From the NCBI GenBank assembly GCA_965203515.1, contig OZ241907.1, forward strand, positions 320,001 to 384,000: a DNA stretch of 64,000 nucleotides, read 5' to 3'. Positions within the stretch are counted from its first letter, which is position 1, and each line of letters opens with the position of its first letter. A program made the position numbers and the translations under genes. This DNA is from Spirochaetia bacterium. Its GTDB lineage: Bacteria; Spirochaetota; Spirochaetia; SZUA-6; Bin103. Shown one piece after another: positions 49,501 to 61,500 of this stretch. The notes below the pieces were generated by a model. That model had not been told where the DNA came from. It did not search any database and saw only the letters and a list, made by a program, of their open reading frames with translations.

Positions 49501-52500
49501 ACCGGTCGGTGACGGTGACGGGGACGGCGCAGAACAGCCACGGCGTGGGGACGGTGACCGGCGCGGCGCTGACGCTGACCGACGACGAGGCGACGCCGAC
49601 GGCGACGCTGGCGCTGAGCGCTGAGACGATCGACGAGCACGACGGGTCGGTCGCTGGGTCGGCGACGGTGACGGCGAGTCTGAACCGAGCGTCGAGCGAG
49701 GCGGTGACGCTGACGGTGGCCGCGGCGGCGGGGACGAACGCGGCGGCGGGCGACTTCAGCTTGTCGGACACCACGACGTTGACGGTCGCGGCCGGAGCGA
49801 CCGGCAGCACCGGCACGGTGACGGTGACGGCGGTCGATGACACGACGGACGCACCGGACAAGGAAGTGACGGTGACGGCGGCGGTGAGCGGGGACAGCGG
49901 AATAGCGGCCCCCGCGAGCGTGACGCTGACGATCGAGGACGACGAAGCGGCGCCTGGGGTGACGCTGGCGGTGGCGGACTCGTCGATCGCGGAGGACGGC
50001 GGGACGACGACGGTGACCGCCACGCTGAGCCACGCATCAAGCGAGGCGACCACGATCACGGTGACGGCGGTGGACGGGTCGTACACGGTCGGCGATGACG
50101 TGACGATCACGATCGCAGCGGGAGAGACGGCGAACGCGGCGGCCACGGTGACGATCACGGCGGTGAACGACGACGTGGACAACGTGGGCAACCGCACGGC
50201 GACAGTGAGCGGGACCGCGCAGAACGGCCAAGGCGTAGGGACGGTGACCGGAGCGAGCCTCACCCTCACCGATGACGAAGCGACGCCGACCGCGACGCTG
50301 GTGCTGAGCGCTGAGACGATCGACGAGCACGACGGGACGAATCCGGGGAAGGCGACGGTGACGGCGACATTGAACCGGGCGTCGAGCGAGGCGGTGACGC
50401 TGACGGTGTCTGCGGCGGCGGGGACGAACGCGGCGGCGGGCGACTTCAGCCTGTCGAGCGCGAAGACGCTGAGCATCGCCGCCGGAGCGACCAGCAGCAC
50501 CGGAACGGTGACGGTGACGGCGGTCGATGACACGACGGACGCGCCGGACAAGGAAGTGACGGTGACGGCGGCGGTGAGCGGGGACAGCGGAATAGCGGCC
50601 CCCGCGAGCGTGACGCTGACGATCGAGGACGACGAAGCTGCGCCTGGGGTGACGCTGGCGGTGACCGACTCGTCGATCGCGGAGGACGGCGGTACGACGA
50701 CGGTGACGGCGACGCTGAGCCACGCGTCGAGCGAGGCGACCACGATGACGGTGACGGCGGTGGACGGGTCGTACACGGTCGGCGAGGACGCGACGATCGA
50801 GATCGCAGCGGGAGAGACGGCGAACGCGCCGGACACGGTGACGATCACGGCGGTGGACGACGACGTGGACAACGTGGGCGACCGGTCGGTGACGGTGACC
50901 GGAACGGCGCAGAACGGCCAGGGCGTGGGGACGGTGACGGGAGCGGCGCTGACGCTGACCGACGACGAGGCGACGCCGACGGCGACGCTGGCGCTGAGCG
51001 CTGAGACGATCGACGAGCACGACGGGACGAATCCGGGGCAGGCGACGGTGACGGCGAGTCTGGACCGGGCGTCGAGCGAGGCGGTGACGCTGACGGTGGC
51101 CGCAGCGGCGGGAACGAACACAGTGGCTGGCGATTTCAGCCTGTCGAGCACTAAGACACTGAGCATCGCCGCCGGAGCGACGACGAGCACCGGAACGGTG
51201 ACGGTGACGGCGGTCGATGACACGACGGACGCGCCGGACAAGGAAGTGACGGTAACGGCGGCGGTGAGCGGCGACAGCGGCGTAGCCGCTCCGGCGGCGA
51301 AGACGCTGACGATCGAAGACGACGAGGTGGCACCGGGCGTGACGCTGGCGGTCGCCGACAGCGCCATCGCCGAGAACGGCGGCACCACCACGGTGACCGC
51401 CACGCTCAGCCACGCGTCAAGCGCAGCGACGACGATCACCGTGCAGCCGGTGACGGGCGCCTACACGGTGGGCGATGACGCGACGATCGAGATCGGGGCG
51501 GGAGAGACGGCGAACGCGGCGGACACGGTGACGATCACGGCGGTGGACGACGACGTGGACAACGTGGGCGACCGGTCGGTGACGGTGAGTGGGACGGCGC
51601 AGAACAGCCAGGGCGCCGGGACGGTGACCGGAGCGGCGCTGACGCTGACCGACGACGAAGCGACGCCGACGGCGACGCTAGTGTTGAGTGCTGAGACGAT
51701 CGACGAGCACGACGGGTCGGTCGCTGGGTCGGCGACGGTGACGGCGAGTCTGGACCGAGCGTCGAGCGAGGCGGTGACGCTGACGGTGGCTGCGGCGGCG
51801 GGAACGAACGCGGCGGCGGGCGACTTCAGCCTGTCGAGCGCGAAGACGCTGAGCATCGCCGCCGGAGCGACCAGCAGCACCGGCACGGTGACGGTGACCG
51901 CAGTCGATGACACGACGGACGCGCCGGACAAGGAAGTGACGGTAACGGCGGCGGTGAGCGGGGACAGCGGGATAGCGGCGCCGGCGAGCGTGACGCTGAC
52001 GATCGAGGACGACGAGGCGGCGCCTGGGGTGACGCTGGCGGTGGCGGACTCGTCGATCGCCGAGGCCGGAGGTACGACGACGGTGACGGCGACGCTGAGC
52101 CACGCGTCGAGCGCGGCGACGACGATCACCGTGCAGCCGGTGACGGGTGCCTACACGGTCGGGTCGGACGCGACGATAGAGATCGCGTCGGGAGAGACGG
52201 CGAACGCGGCGGACACGGTGACGATCACGGCGGTGGACGACGACGTGGACAACGTGGGCGACCAGTCGGTGACGGTGAGCGGGACGGCGCAGAACGGCCA
52301 GGGCGCCGGTACGGTGACCGGCGCGGCGCTGACGCTGACCGACGACGAAGCGACGCCGACGGCGACGCTGGCGCTGAGCGCTGAGACGATCGACGAGCAC
52401 GACGGGTCGGTCGCTGGGTCGGCAATGGTGACGGCGAGTCTGGACCGGGCGTCGAGCGAGGCGGTGACGCTGACGGTGGCTGCGGCGGCGGGAACGAACG

Positions 52501-55500
52501 CGACGGCGGGCGACTTCAGCCTGTCGAGCGCGAAGACGTTGAGCATCGCCGCCGGGGCGACCAGCAGCACCGGTACGGTGACGGTGACAGCGGTGGACAA
52601 CGCGGTCGACGCGCCGGACAAGGAAGTGACGGTAACGGCGGCGGTGAGCGGCGACAGCGGGATAGCGGCCCCCGCAAGCGTGACGCTGACGATCGAGGAC
52701 GACGAGGCGGCGCCTGGGGTGACGCTGGCGGTGGCCGACACCTCGATCGCGGAGGACGGCGGCACGACGACGGTGACCGCCACGCTCAGCCACGCGTCGA
52801 GCGCGGCGACGACGATCACGGTGACGGCGGTGGACGGGTCGTACACGGTCGGCGATGACGCGACGATCGAGATCGCAGCGGGAGAGACGGCGAACGCGGC
52901 GGACAGCGTGACGATCACGGCGGTGAACGACGACGTGGACAACGTGGGCAACCGCACGGCGACAGTGAGCGGGACCGCGCAGAACGGCCAAGGCGTAGGG
53001 ACGGTGACCGGAGCGAGCCTCACCCTCACCGATGACGAAGCGACGCCGACCGCGACGCTGGTGCTGAGCGCTGAGACGATCGACGAGCACGACGGGACGA
53101 ATCCGGGGAAGGCGACGGTGACGGCGACATTGAACCGGGCGTCGAGCGAGGCGGTGACGCTGACGGTGTCTGCGGCGGCGGGGACGAACGCGGCGGCAAG
53201 CGACTTCAGCTTGTCGAGCACGAAGACGTTGAGCATCGCCGCGGGAGCGACTAGCAGCACCGGCACGGTGACGGTGACGGCGGTGGACAACACGGTCGAC
53301 GCACCGGACAAGGAAGTGACGGTAACGGCGGCGGTGAGCGGGGACAGCGGGATAGCGGCCCCCGCGAGCGTGACGCTGACGATCGAGGACGACGAAGCGG
53401 CGCCTGGGGTGACGCTGGCGGTGGCCGACAGCGCGATCGCGGAGGACGGCGGCACCACCACGGTGACCGCAACGCTCAGCCACGCGTCGAGCGCGGCGAC
53501 GACGATCACCGTACAGCCGGTGTCAGGCGCCTACACGGTGGGGTCGGACGCGACGATCGAGATCGGGGCGGGAGAGACGGCGAACGCGACGGACACGGTG
53601 ACGATCACGGCGGTGAACGACGCGATCGACAACGTGGGCGACCGGTCGGCGACGGTGAGCGGGACGGCGCAGAACAGCCAGGGTGTGGGGAGCGTGACGG
53701 GCGCGGCGCTGACGCTGACCGACGACGAAGCGACGCCGACGGCGACGCTGGCGCTGAGCGCTGAGACGATCGACGAGCACGACGGGTCGGTCGCTGGGTC
53801 GGCGACGGTGACGGCGACGTTGAACCGAGCGTCGAGCGAGGCGGTGACGCTGACGGTGGCAGCGGCGGCGGGGACGAACGCGGCGGCGGGCGACTTCAGC
53901 CTGTCGAGCACGAAGACGCTGAGCATCGCCGCCGGAGCGACCAGCAGCACCGGGACGGTGACGGTGACGGCGGTCGATGACACGACGGACGCGCCGGACA
54001 AGGAAGTGACGGTAACGGCGGCGGTGAGCGGGGACAGCGGAATAGCGGCGCCGGCGAGCGTGACGCTGACGATCGAGGACGACGAAGCGGCGCCTGGGGT
54101 GACGCTGGCGGTGGCCGACAGCGCGATCGCCGAGAACGGCGGAACGACGACGGTGACGGCGACGCTCTCGCATGCATCGAGCGCGGCGACGACGATAACG
54201 GTACAGCCGGTGACGGGCGCCTACACCGTGGGGTCAGACGCGACGATCGAGATCGCGGCGGGCGAGACGGCGAACGAGGCGGACAGCGTGACGATCACGA
54301 CGGTGAACGACGCGATCAACAACCTCGGCGTCCCGACGGTGACGGTGGGCGGGACGGCGCAGAACAGCCATGGCGTGCAGCCGGTGACGGGAGCGAGGCT
54401 CGCCCTCACGGGGAAGCTGTTGCTGAATCGTGAGACGGGCGGAGCGGCGCCTGGGGTGACGCTGGCGGTGGCCGACAGCGCGATCGCCGAGAACGGCGGA
54501 ACGACGACGGTGACCGCCACGCTCAGCCACGCGTCGAGCGCGGCGACGACGATCACCGTACAGCCGGTGTCAGGCGCCTACACGGTGGGGTCGGACGCGA
54601 CGATCGAGATCGCGGCGGGAGAGACGGCGAACACGGCGGACACGGCGACGATCACGGCGGTGAACGACGACGTGGACAACGTGGGCGACCGGTCGGTGAC
54701 GGTGAGCGGAACGGCGCAGAACAGCCAGGGCGTAGGAACCGTGACGGGAGCAAGCCTCACCCTCACGGACGACGAGGCGACGCCGACGGCGACGCTGGCC
54801 CTGAGCCCTGAGACGATCGACGAGCACGACGGGACGAATCCGGGGAAGGCGACGGTGACGGCGACGTTGAACCGGGCGTCGAGCGAGGCGGTGACGCTGA
54901 CGGTGGCAGCGGCGGCGGGGACGAACGCGGCTGCGGGCGACTTCAGCCTGTCGAGCACGAAGACGTTGAGCATCGCCGCCGGAGCGACGACGAGCACCGG
55001 TACGGTGACGGTGACGGCGGTCGATGACACGACGGACGCGCCGGACAAGGAAGTGACGGTAACGGCGGCGGTGAGCGGGGACAGCGGGGTAGCGGCCCCG
55101 GCGGCGAAGACGCTGACGATCGAAGACGATGAAGCGGCGCCTGGGGTGACGCTGGCGGTGACGGACAGCGCGATCGCGGAGGACGGCGGCACGACGACGG
55201 TGACCGCCACGCTCAGCCACGCGTCGAGCGCGGCGACGACGATCACCGTGCAGCCGGTGACAGGCGCCTACACGGTGGGGACGGACGCGACGATCGAGAT
55301 CGCAGCAGGAGAGACGGCGAACGCGGCGGACACGGCGACGATCACGGCGGTGAACGACGACGTGGACAACGTCGGCGACCGGTCGGTGACGGTGAGCGGG
55401 ACGGCGCAGAACAGCCAGGGCGTGGGAACGGTGACCGGCGCGGCTCTGACGTTGACCGACGACGAGGCGACGCCGACGGCGACGCTGGTGCTGAGCGCTG

Positions 55501-58500
55501 AGACGATCGACGAGCACGACGGGACGAATCCGGGGAAGGCGACGGTGACGGCGACGTTGAACCGGGCGTCGAGCGAGGCGGTGACGCTGACGGTGGCTGT
55601 GGCGGCCGGGACGAACGCGGCGGCGGGCGACTTCAGCCTGTCGAGCACGAAGACGTTGAGCATCGCCGCGGGAGCGACCAGCAGCACCGGCACGGTGACG
55701 GTGACGGCGGTCGACAACACGGTCGACGCGCCGGACAAGGAAGTGACGGTAACGGCGGCGGTGAGCGGGGACAGCGGGATAGCGGCCCCGGCGAGCGTGA
55801 CGCTGACGATCGAGGATGACGAAGCGGCGCCTGGGGTGACGCTGGCGGTGACCGACTCGTCGATCGCGGAGGACGGCGGAACGACGACGGTGACGGCGAC
55901 GCTGAGCCATGCGTCGAGCGTGGCGACGACGATCACCGTGCAGCCGGTGACGGGTGCCTACACGGTCGGGTCGGACGCGACGATCGAGATCGGGGCGGGA
56001 GAGACGGCGAACGCGTCGGACACAGTGACGATCACGGCGGTGAACGACGACGTGGACAACGTCGGCGACCGTTCGGTGACGGTGAGCGGGACGGCGCAGA
56101 ACAGCCAGGGCGCCGGTACGGTGACCGGAGCAGCGCTGACGCTGACCGACGACGAAGCGACGCCGACGGCGACGCTGGCGCTGAGCGCTGAGACGATCGA
56201 CGAGCACGACGGGACGAATCCGGGGAAGGCGATGGTGACGGCGAGTCTGAACCGTGCGTCGAGCGAGGCGGTGACGCTGACGGTGGCAGCGGCCGCGGGA
56301 ACGAACGCGGCGGCAAGCGACTTCAGCTTGTCGAGCACGAAGACGTTGAGCATCGCCGCGGGAGCGACTAGCAGCACCGGCACGGTGACGGTGACGGCGG
56401 TCGACAACACGGCGGACGCGCCGGACAAGGAAGTGACGGTGACGGCGGCGGTGAGCGGGGACAGCGGTATAGCGGACCCGGCGAGCGTGACGCTGACGAT
56501 CGAGGACGATGAAGCAGCGCCGGGCGTGACGCTGGCGGTCGCCGACAGTGCGATCGCGGAGGACGGCGGAACGACGACGGTGACGGCGACGCTGAGCCAT
56601 GCGTCGAGCGTGGCGACGACGATCACCGTGCAGCCGGTGACGGGTGCCTACACGGTCGGCGAGGACGCGACGATCGAGATCGGGGCGGGAGAGACGGCGA
56701 ACGCGGCGGACACGGTGACGATCACGGCGGTGAACGACGACGTGGACAACGTGGGCAACCGCACGGTAACGGTGACGGGGACGGCGCAGAACAGCCAGGG
56801 CGCCGGGACGGTGACCGGAGCAAGCCTCACCCTCACGGACGACGAGGCGACGCCGACGGCGACATTGGTGCTGAGCGCTGAGACGATCGACGAGCACGAC
56901 GGGACGAATCCGGGGAAGGCGACGGTGACGGCGACGTTGAACCGGGCGTCGAGCGAGGCGGTGACGCTGACGGTGGCTGCGGCGGCGGGGACGAACGCGG
57001 CGGTTGGCGACTTCAGCCTGTCGGGCACGAAGACGTTGAGCATCGCCGCCGGAGCGACCAGCAGCACCGGCACGGTGACGGTGACGGCGGTCGACAACAC
57101 GGCGGACGCGCCGGACAAGGAAGTGACGGTAACGGCGGCGGTGAGCGGGGACAGCGGGGTAGCGGCCCCGGCGGCGAAGACGCTGACGATCGAGGACGAC
57201 GAAGCGGCACCGGGCGTAACGCTGGCGGTCGCCGACAGCGCCATTGCCGAGAACGGCGGCACCACCACGGTGACCGCCACGCTCAGCCACGCGTCAAGCG
57301 CCGCGACGACGATCACCGTACAGCCGGTGACGGGCGCCTACACGGTGGGGGAGGACGCGACGATCACGATACCGGCCGGGGCAACGTCGAAGGCGGCGGA
57401 CACGGCGACGATCACGGCGGTGAACGACGACGTGGACAACGTGGGCAACCGCACGGCGACAGTGAGCGGGACCGCGCAGAACGGCCAAGGCGTAGGGACG
57501 GTGACCGGAGCGAGCCTCACCCTCACCGACGACGAGGCGACGCCGACCGCGACGCTGGCGCTGAGCCCTGAGACGATCGACGAGCACGACGGGTCGGTCG
57601 CTGGGTCGGCGACGGTGACGGCGAGTCTGAACCGGGCGTCGAGCGAGGCGGTGACGCTGACGGTAGCTGCGGCGGCCGGGACGAACGCGGCGGCGGGCGA
57701 CTTCACGTTGTCGAGCACGAAGACGTTGAGCATCGCCGCGGGAGCGACCAGCAGCACCGGCACGGTGACGGTGACGGCGGTCGATGACACGACGGACGCG
57801 CCGGACAAGGAAGTAACGGTGACGGCGGCGGTGAGCGGGGACAGCGGGATAGCGGCCCCCGCGAGTGTGACGCTGACGATCGAGGACGACGAAGCGGCGC
57901 CTGGGGTGACGCTGGCGGTTACGGACAGCGCGATCGCCGAGAACGGCGGGTCCACCACGGTGACCGCCACGCTCAGCCACGCATCGAGCGCGGCGACGAC
58001 GATCACGGTGACGGCGGTGACGGGTGCCTACACGGTCGGGACCGACGCGACGATCGAGATCGCGGCGGGAGAGACGTCGAACGCGGCGGACACGGTGACG
58101 GTCACGGCGGTGAACGACGACGTGGACAACGTGGGCGACCGGTCGGTGACGGTGAGCGGGACGGCGCAGAACAGCCAGGGCGCCGGGAGCGTGACGGGCG
58201 CGGCGCTGACGCTGACCGACGACGAGGCGACGCCGACGGCGACGCTGGCGCTGAGCGCTGAGACGATCGACGAGCACGACGGGACGAATCCGGGGAAGGC
58301 GACGGTGACGGCAAGTCTGAACCGTGCGTCGAGCGAGGCGGTGACGCTGACGGTGGCTGCGGCAGCGGGGACGAACGCGGCGGCGGGCGACTTCACGTTG
58401 TCGAGCGTGACGACGCTGAGTATCGCCGCCGGAGCGACCAGCAGCACCGGAACGGTGACGGTAACGGCGGTCGATAACACGACGGACGCGCCGGACAAGG

Positions 58501-61500
58501 AAGTGACGGTAACGGCGGCGGTGAGCGGGGACAGCGGGATAGCGGCCCCGGCGAGCGTGACGCTGACGATCGAGGACGACGAAGCGGCACCGGGCGTAAC
58601 GCTGGCGGTCGCCGACAGCGCCATTGCCGAGAACGGCGGCACCACCACGGTGACCGCCACGCTCAGCCACGCGTCAAGCGCCGCGACGACGATCACCGTA
58701 CAGCCGGTGACGGGCGCCTACACGGTGGGGGAGGACGCGACGATCACGATACCGGCCGGGGCAACGTCGAAGGCGGCGGACACGGCGACGATCACGGCGG
58801 TGAACGACGACGTGGACAACGTGGGCAACCGCACGGCGACAGTGAGCGGGACCGCGCAGAACGGCCAAGGCGTAGGGACGGTGACCGGAGCGAGCCTCAC
58901 CCTCACCGATGACGAAGCGACGCCGACGGTGACGCTGGCCCTGAGCGCTGAGACGATCGACGAGCACGACGGAACGAATCCGGGGAAGACGACGGTGACG
59001 GCGACGTTGAACCGTGCGTCGAGCGAGGCGGTGACGCTGACGGTGGCTGCGGCAGCGGGGACGAACGCGGCGGCGGGCGACTTCAGCCTGTCGAGCGCGA
59101 CGACGCTGAGTATCGCCGCCGGAGCGACCAGCAGCACCGGTACGGTGATGGTGACGGCGGTCGATAACACGACGGACGCGCCGGACAAGGAAGTGACGGT
59201 GACGGCGGCGGTGAGCGGCGACAGCGGGATAGCGGCCCCGGCGGCGAAGACGCTGACGATCGAGGACGACGAAGCCGCGCCAGGGGTGACATTGGCCTTG
59301 GCCGACAGCGCCATCGATGAGAACGGCGGGTCCACCACGGTGACCGCCACGCTGAGCCACGCATCAAGCGCGGCGACGACGATCACGGTGCAGCCGGTGA
59401 CGGGCGCCTACACGGTGGGGTCGGACGCGACGATCGAGATCGCGGCGGGAGAGACGGCGAACGCGGCGGACAGCGTGACGATCACGGCGGTGAACGACGC
59501 GATCGACAACGTGGGCAACCGCACGGCGACGGTGAGCGGAACGGCGCAGAACAGCCAGGGCGTAGGAACGGTGACCGGAGCGGCGCTGACGCTGACCGAC
59601 GACGAAGCGACGCCGACCGTGACGCTGGCGCTGAGCGCTGAGACGATCGACGAGCACGACGGGGCGAATCCGGGGAAGGCGACGGTGACGGCAAGTCTGA
59701 ACCGAGCGTCGAGCGAGGCGGTGACGCTGACGGTGGCTGCGGCGGCGGGGACGAACGCGGCTGCGGGCGACTTCAGCCTGTCGAGCACGAAGACGCTGAG
59801 CATCGCGGCGGGAGCGACGACGAGCACCGGAACGGTGACGGTGACGGCGGTCGATAACACGACGGACGCGCCGGACAAGGAAGTGACGGTGACGGCGGCG
59901 GTGAGCGGCGACAGCGGGATAGCGGCCCCGGCGGCGAAGACGCTGACGATCGAGGACGACGAAGCCGCGCCAGGGGTGACATTGGCCTTGGCCGACAGCG
60001 CCATCGATGAGAACGGCGGGTCCACCACGGTGACCGCCACGCTGAGCCACGCATCAAGCGCGGCGACGACGATCACGGTGCAGCCGGTGACGGGCGCCTA
60101 CACGGTGGGGTCGGACGCGACGATCGAGATCGCGGCGGGAGAGACGGCGAACGCGGCGGACAGCGTGACGATCACGGCGGTGAACGACGCGATCGACAAC
60201 GTGGGCAACCGCACGGCGACGGTGAGCGGAACGGCGCAGAACAGCCAGGGCGTAGGGACGGTGACGGGAGCAAGCCTCACCCTCACGGATGACGAGGCGA
60301 TGCCGACGGCAACGCTGGCCCTGAGTCCTGAGACGATCGACGAGCACGACGGGTCGGTCGCTGGGTCGGCGACGGTGACGGCGAGTCTGAACCGAGCGTC
60401 GAGCGAGGCGGTGACGCTGACGGTGGCAGCGGCGGCGGGGACGAACGCGGCGGCGGGGGACTTCAGCCTGTCGGGCACGAAGACGCTGAGCATCGCCGCC
60501 GGAGCGACCAGCAGCACCGGTACGGTGACGGTGACGGCGGTCGACAACACGGTCGACGCGCCGGACAAGGAAGTGACGGTCACGGCGACGGTGAGCGGGG
60601 ACAGCGGGATAGCGGCGCCGGCGAGCGTGACGCTGACGATCGAGGACGACGAAGCGGCGCCTGGAGTGACGTTGGCGGTGGCCGACAGCGCGATCGCCGA
60701 GAACGGTGGAACGACGACGGTGACCGCCACGCTGAGCCATGCGTCGAGCGCGGCGACGACGATCACGGTACAACCGGTGTCGGGCGCCTACACCGTGGGG
60801 TCGGACGCGACGATCACGATCGGGGCGGGAGAGACGTCGAACGCGGCGGACACGGTGACGATCACGGCGGTGAACGACGCGATCGACAACGCGGGCAACC
60901 GCACGGCGACAGTGAGCGGGACGGCGCAGAACAGCCAGGGCGTGGGAACGGTGACGGGAGCGAGCCTCACCCTCACCGACGACGAGGGAACGCCGACCGC
61001 GACGCTGGCGCTGAGTGCTGAGACGATCGACGAGCACGACGGGTCGGTCGCTGGGTCGGCGACGGTGACGGCGACGTTGAACCGAGCGTCGAGCGAGGCG
61101 GTGACGCTGACGGTGTCTGCGGCGGCGGGGACGAACGCGGCGGCGGGGGACTTCAGCCTGTCGAGCACGAAGACGCTGAGCATCGCCGCCGGAGCGACCA
61201 GCAGCACCGGCACGGTGACGGTGACGGCGGTCGATAACACGACGGACGCGCCGGACAAGGAAGTGACGGTCACGGCGGCGGTGAACGGGGACAGCGGGAT
61301 AGCGGCCCCCGCGAGCGTGACGCTGACGATCGAAGACGACGAAGCGGAGCCTGGGGTGACGCTGGCGGTGGCCGACAGCGCCATCGCCGAGAACGGCGGG
61401 TCCACCACGGTGACGGCGACGCTCTCCCACCCGTCGAGCGCCGCGACGACGATCACGGTACAGCCGGTGACGGGCGCCTACACGGTGGGGTCGGACGCGA

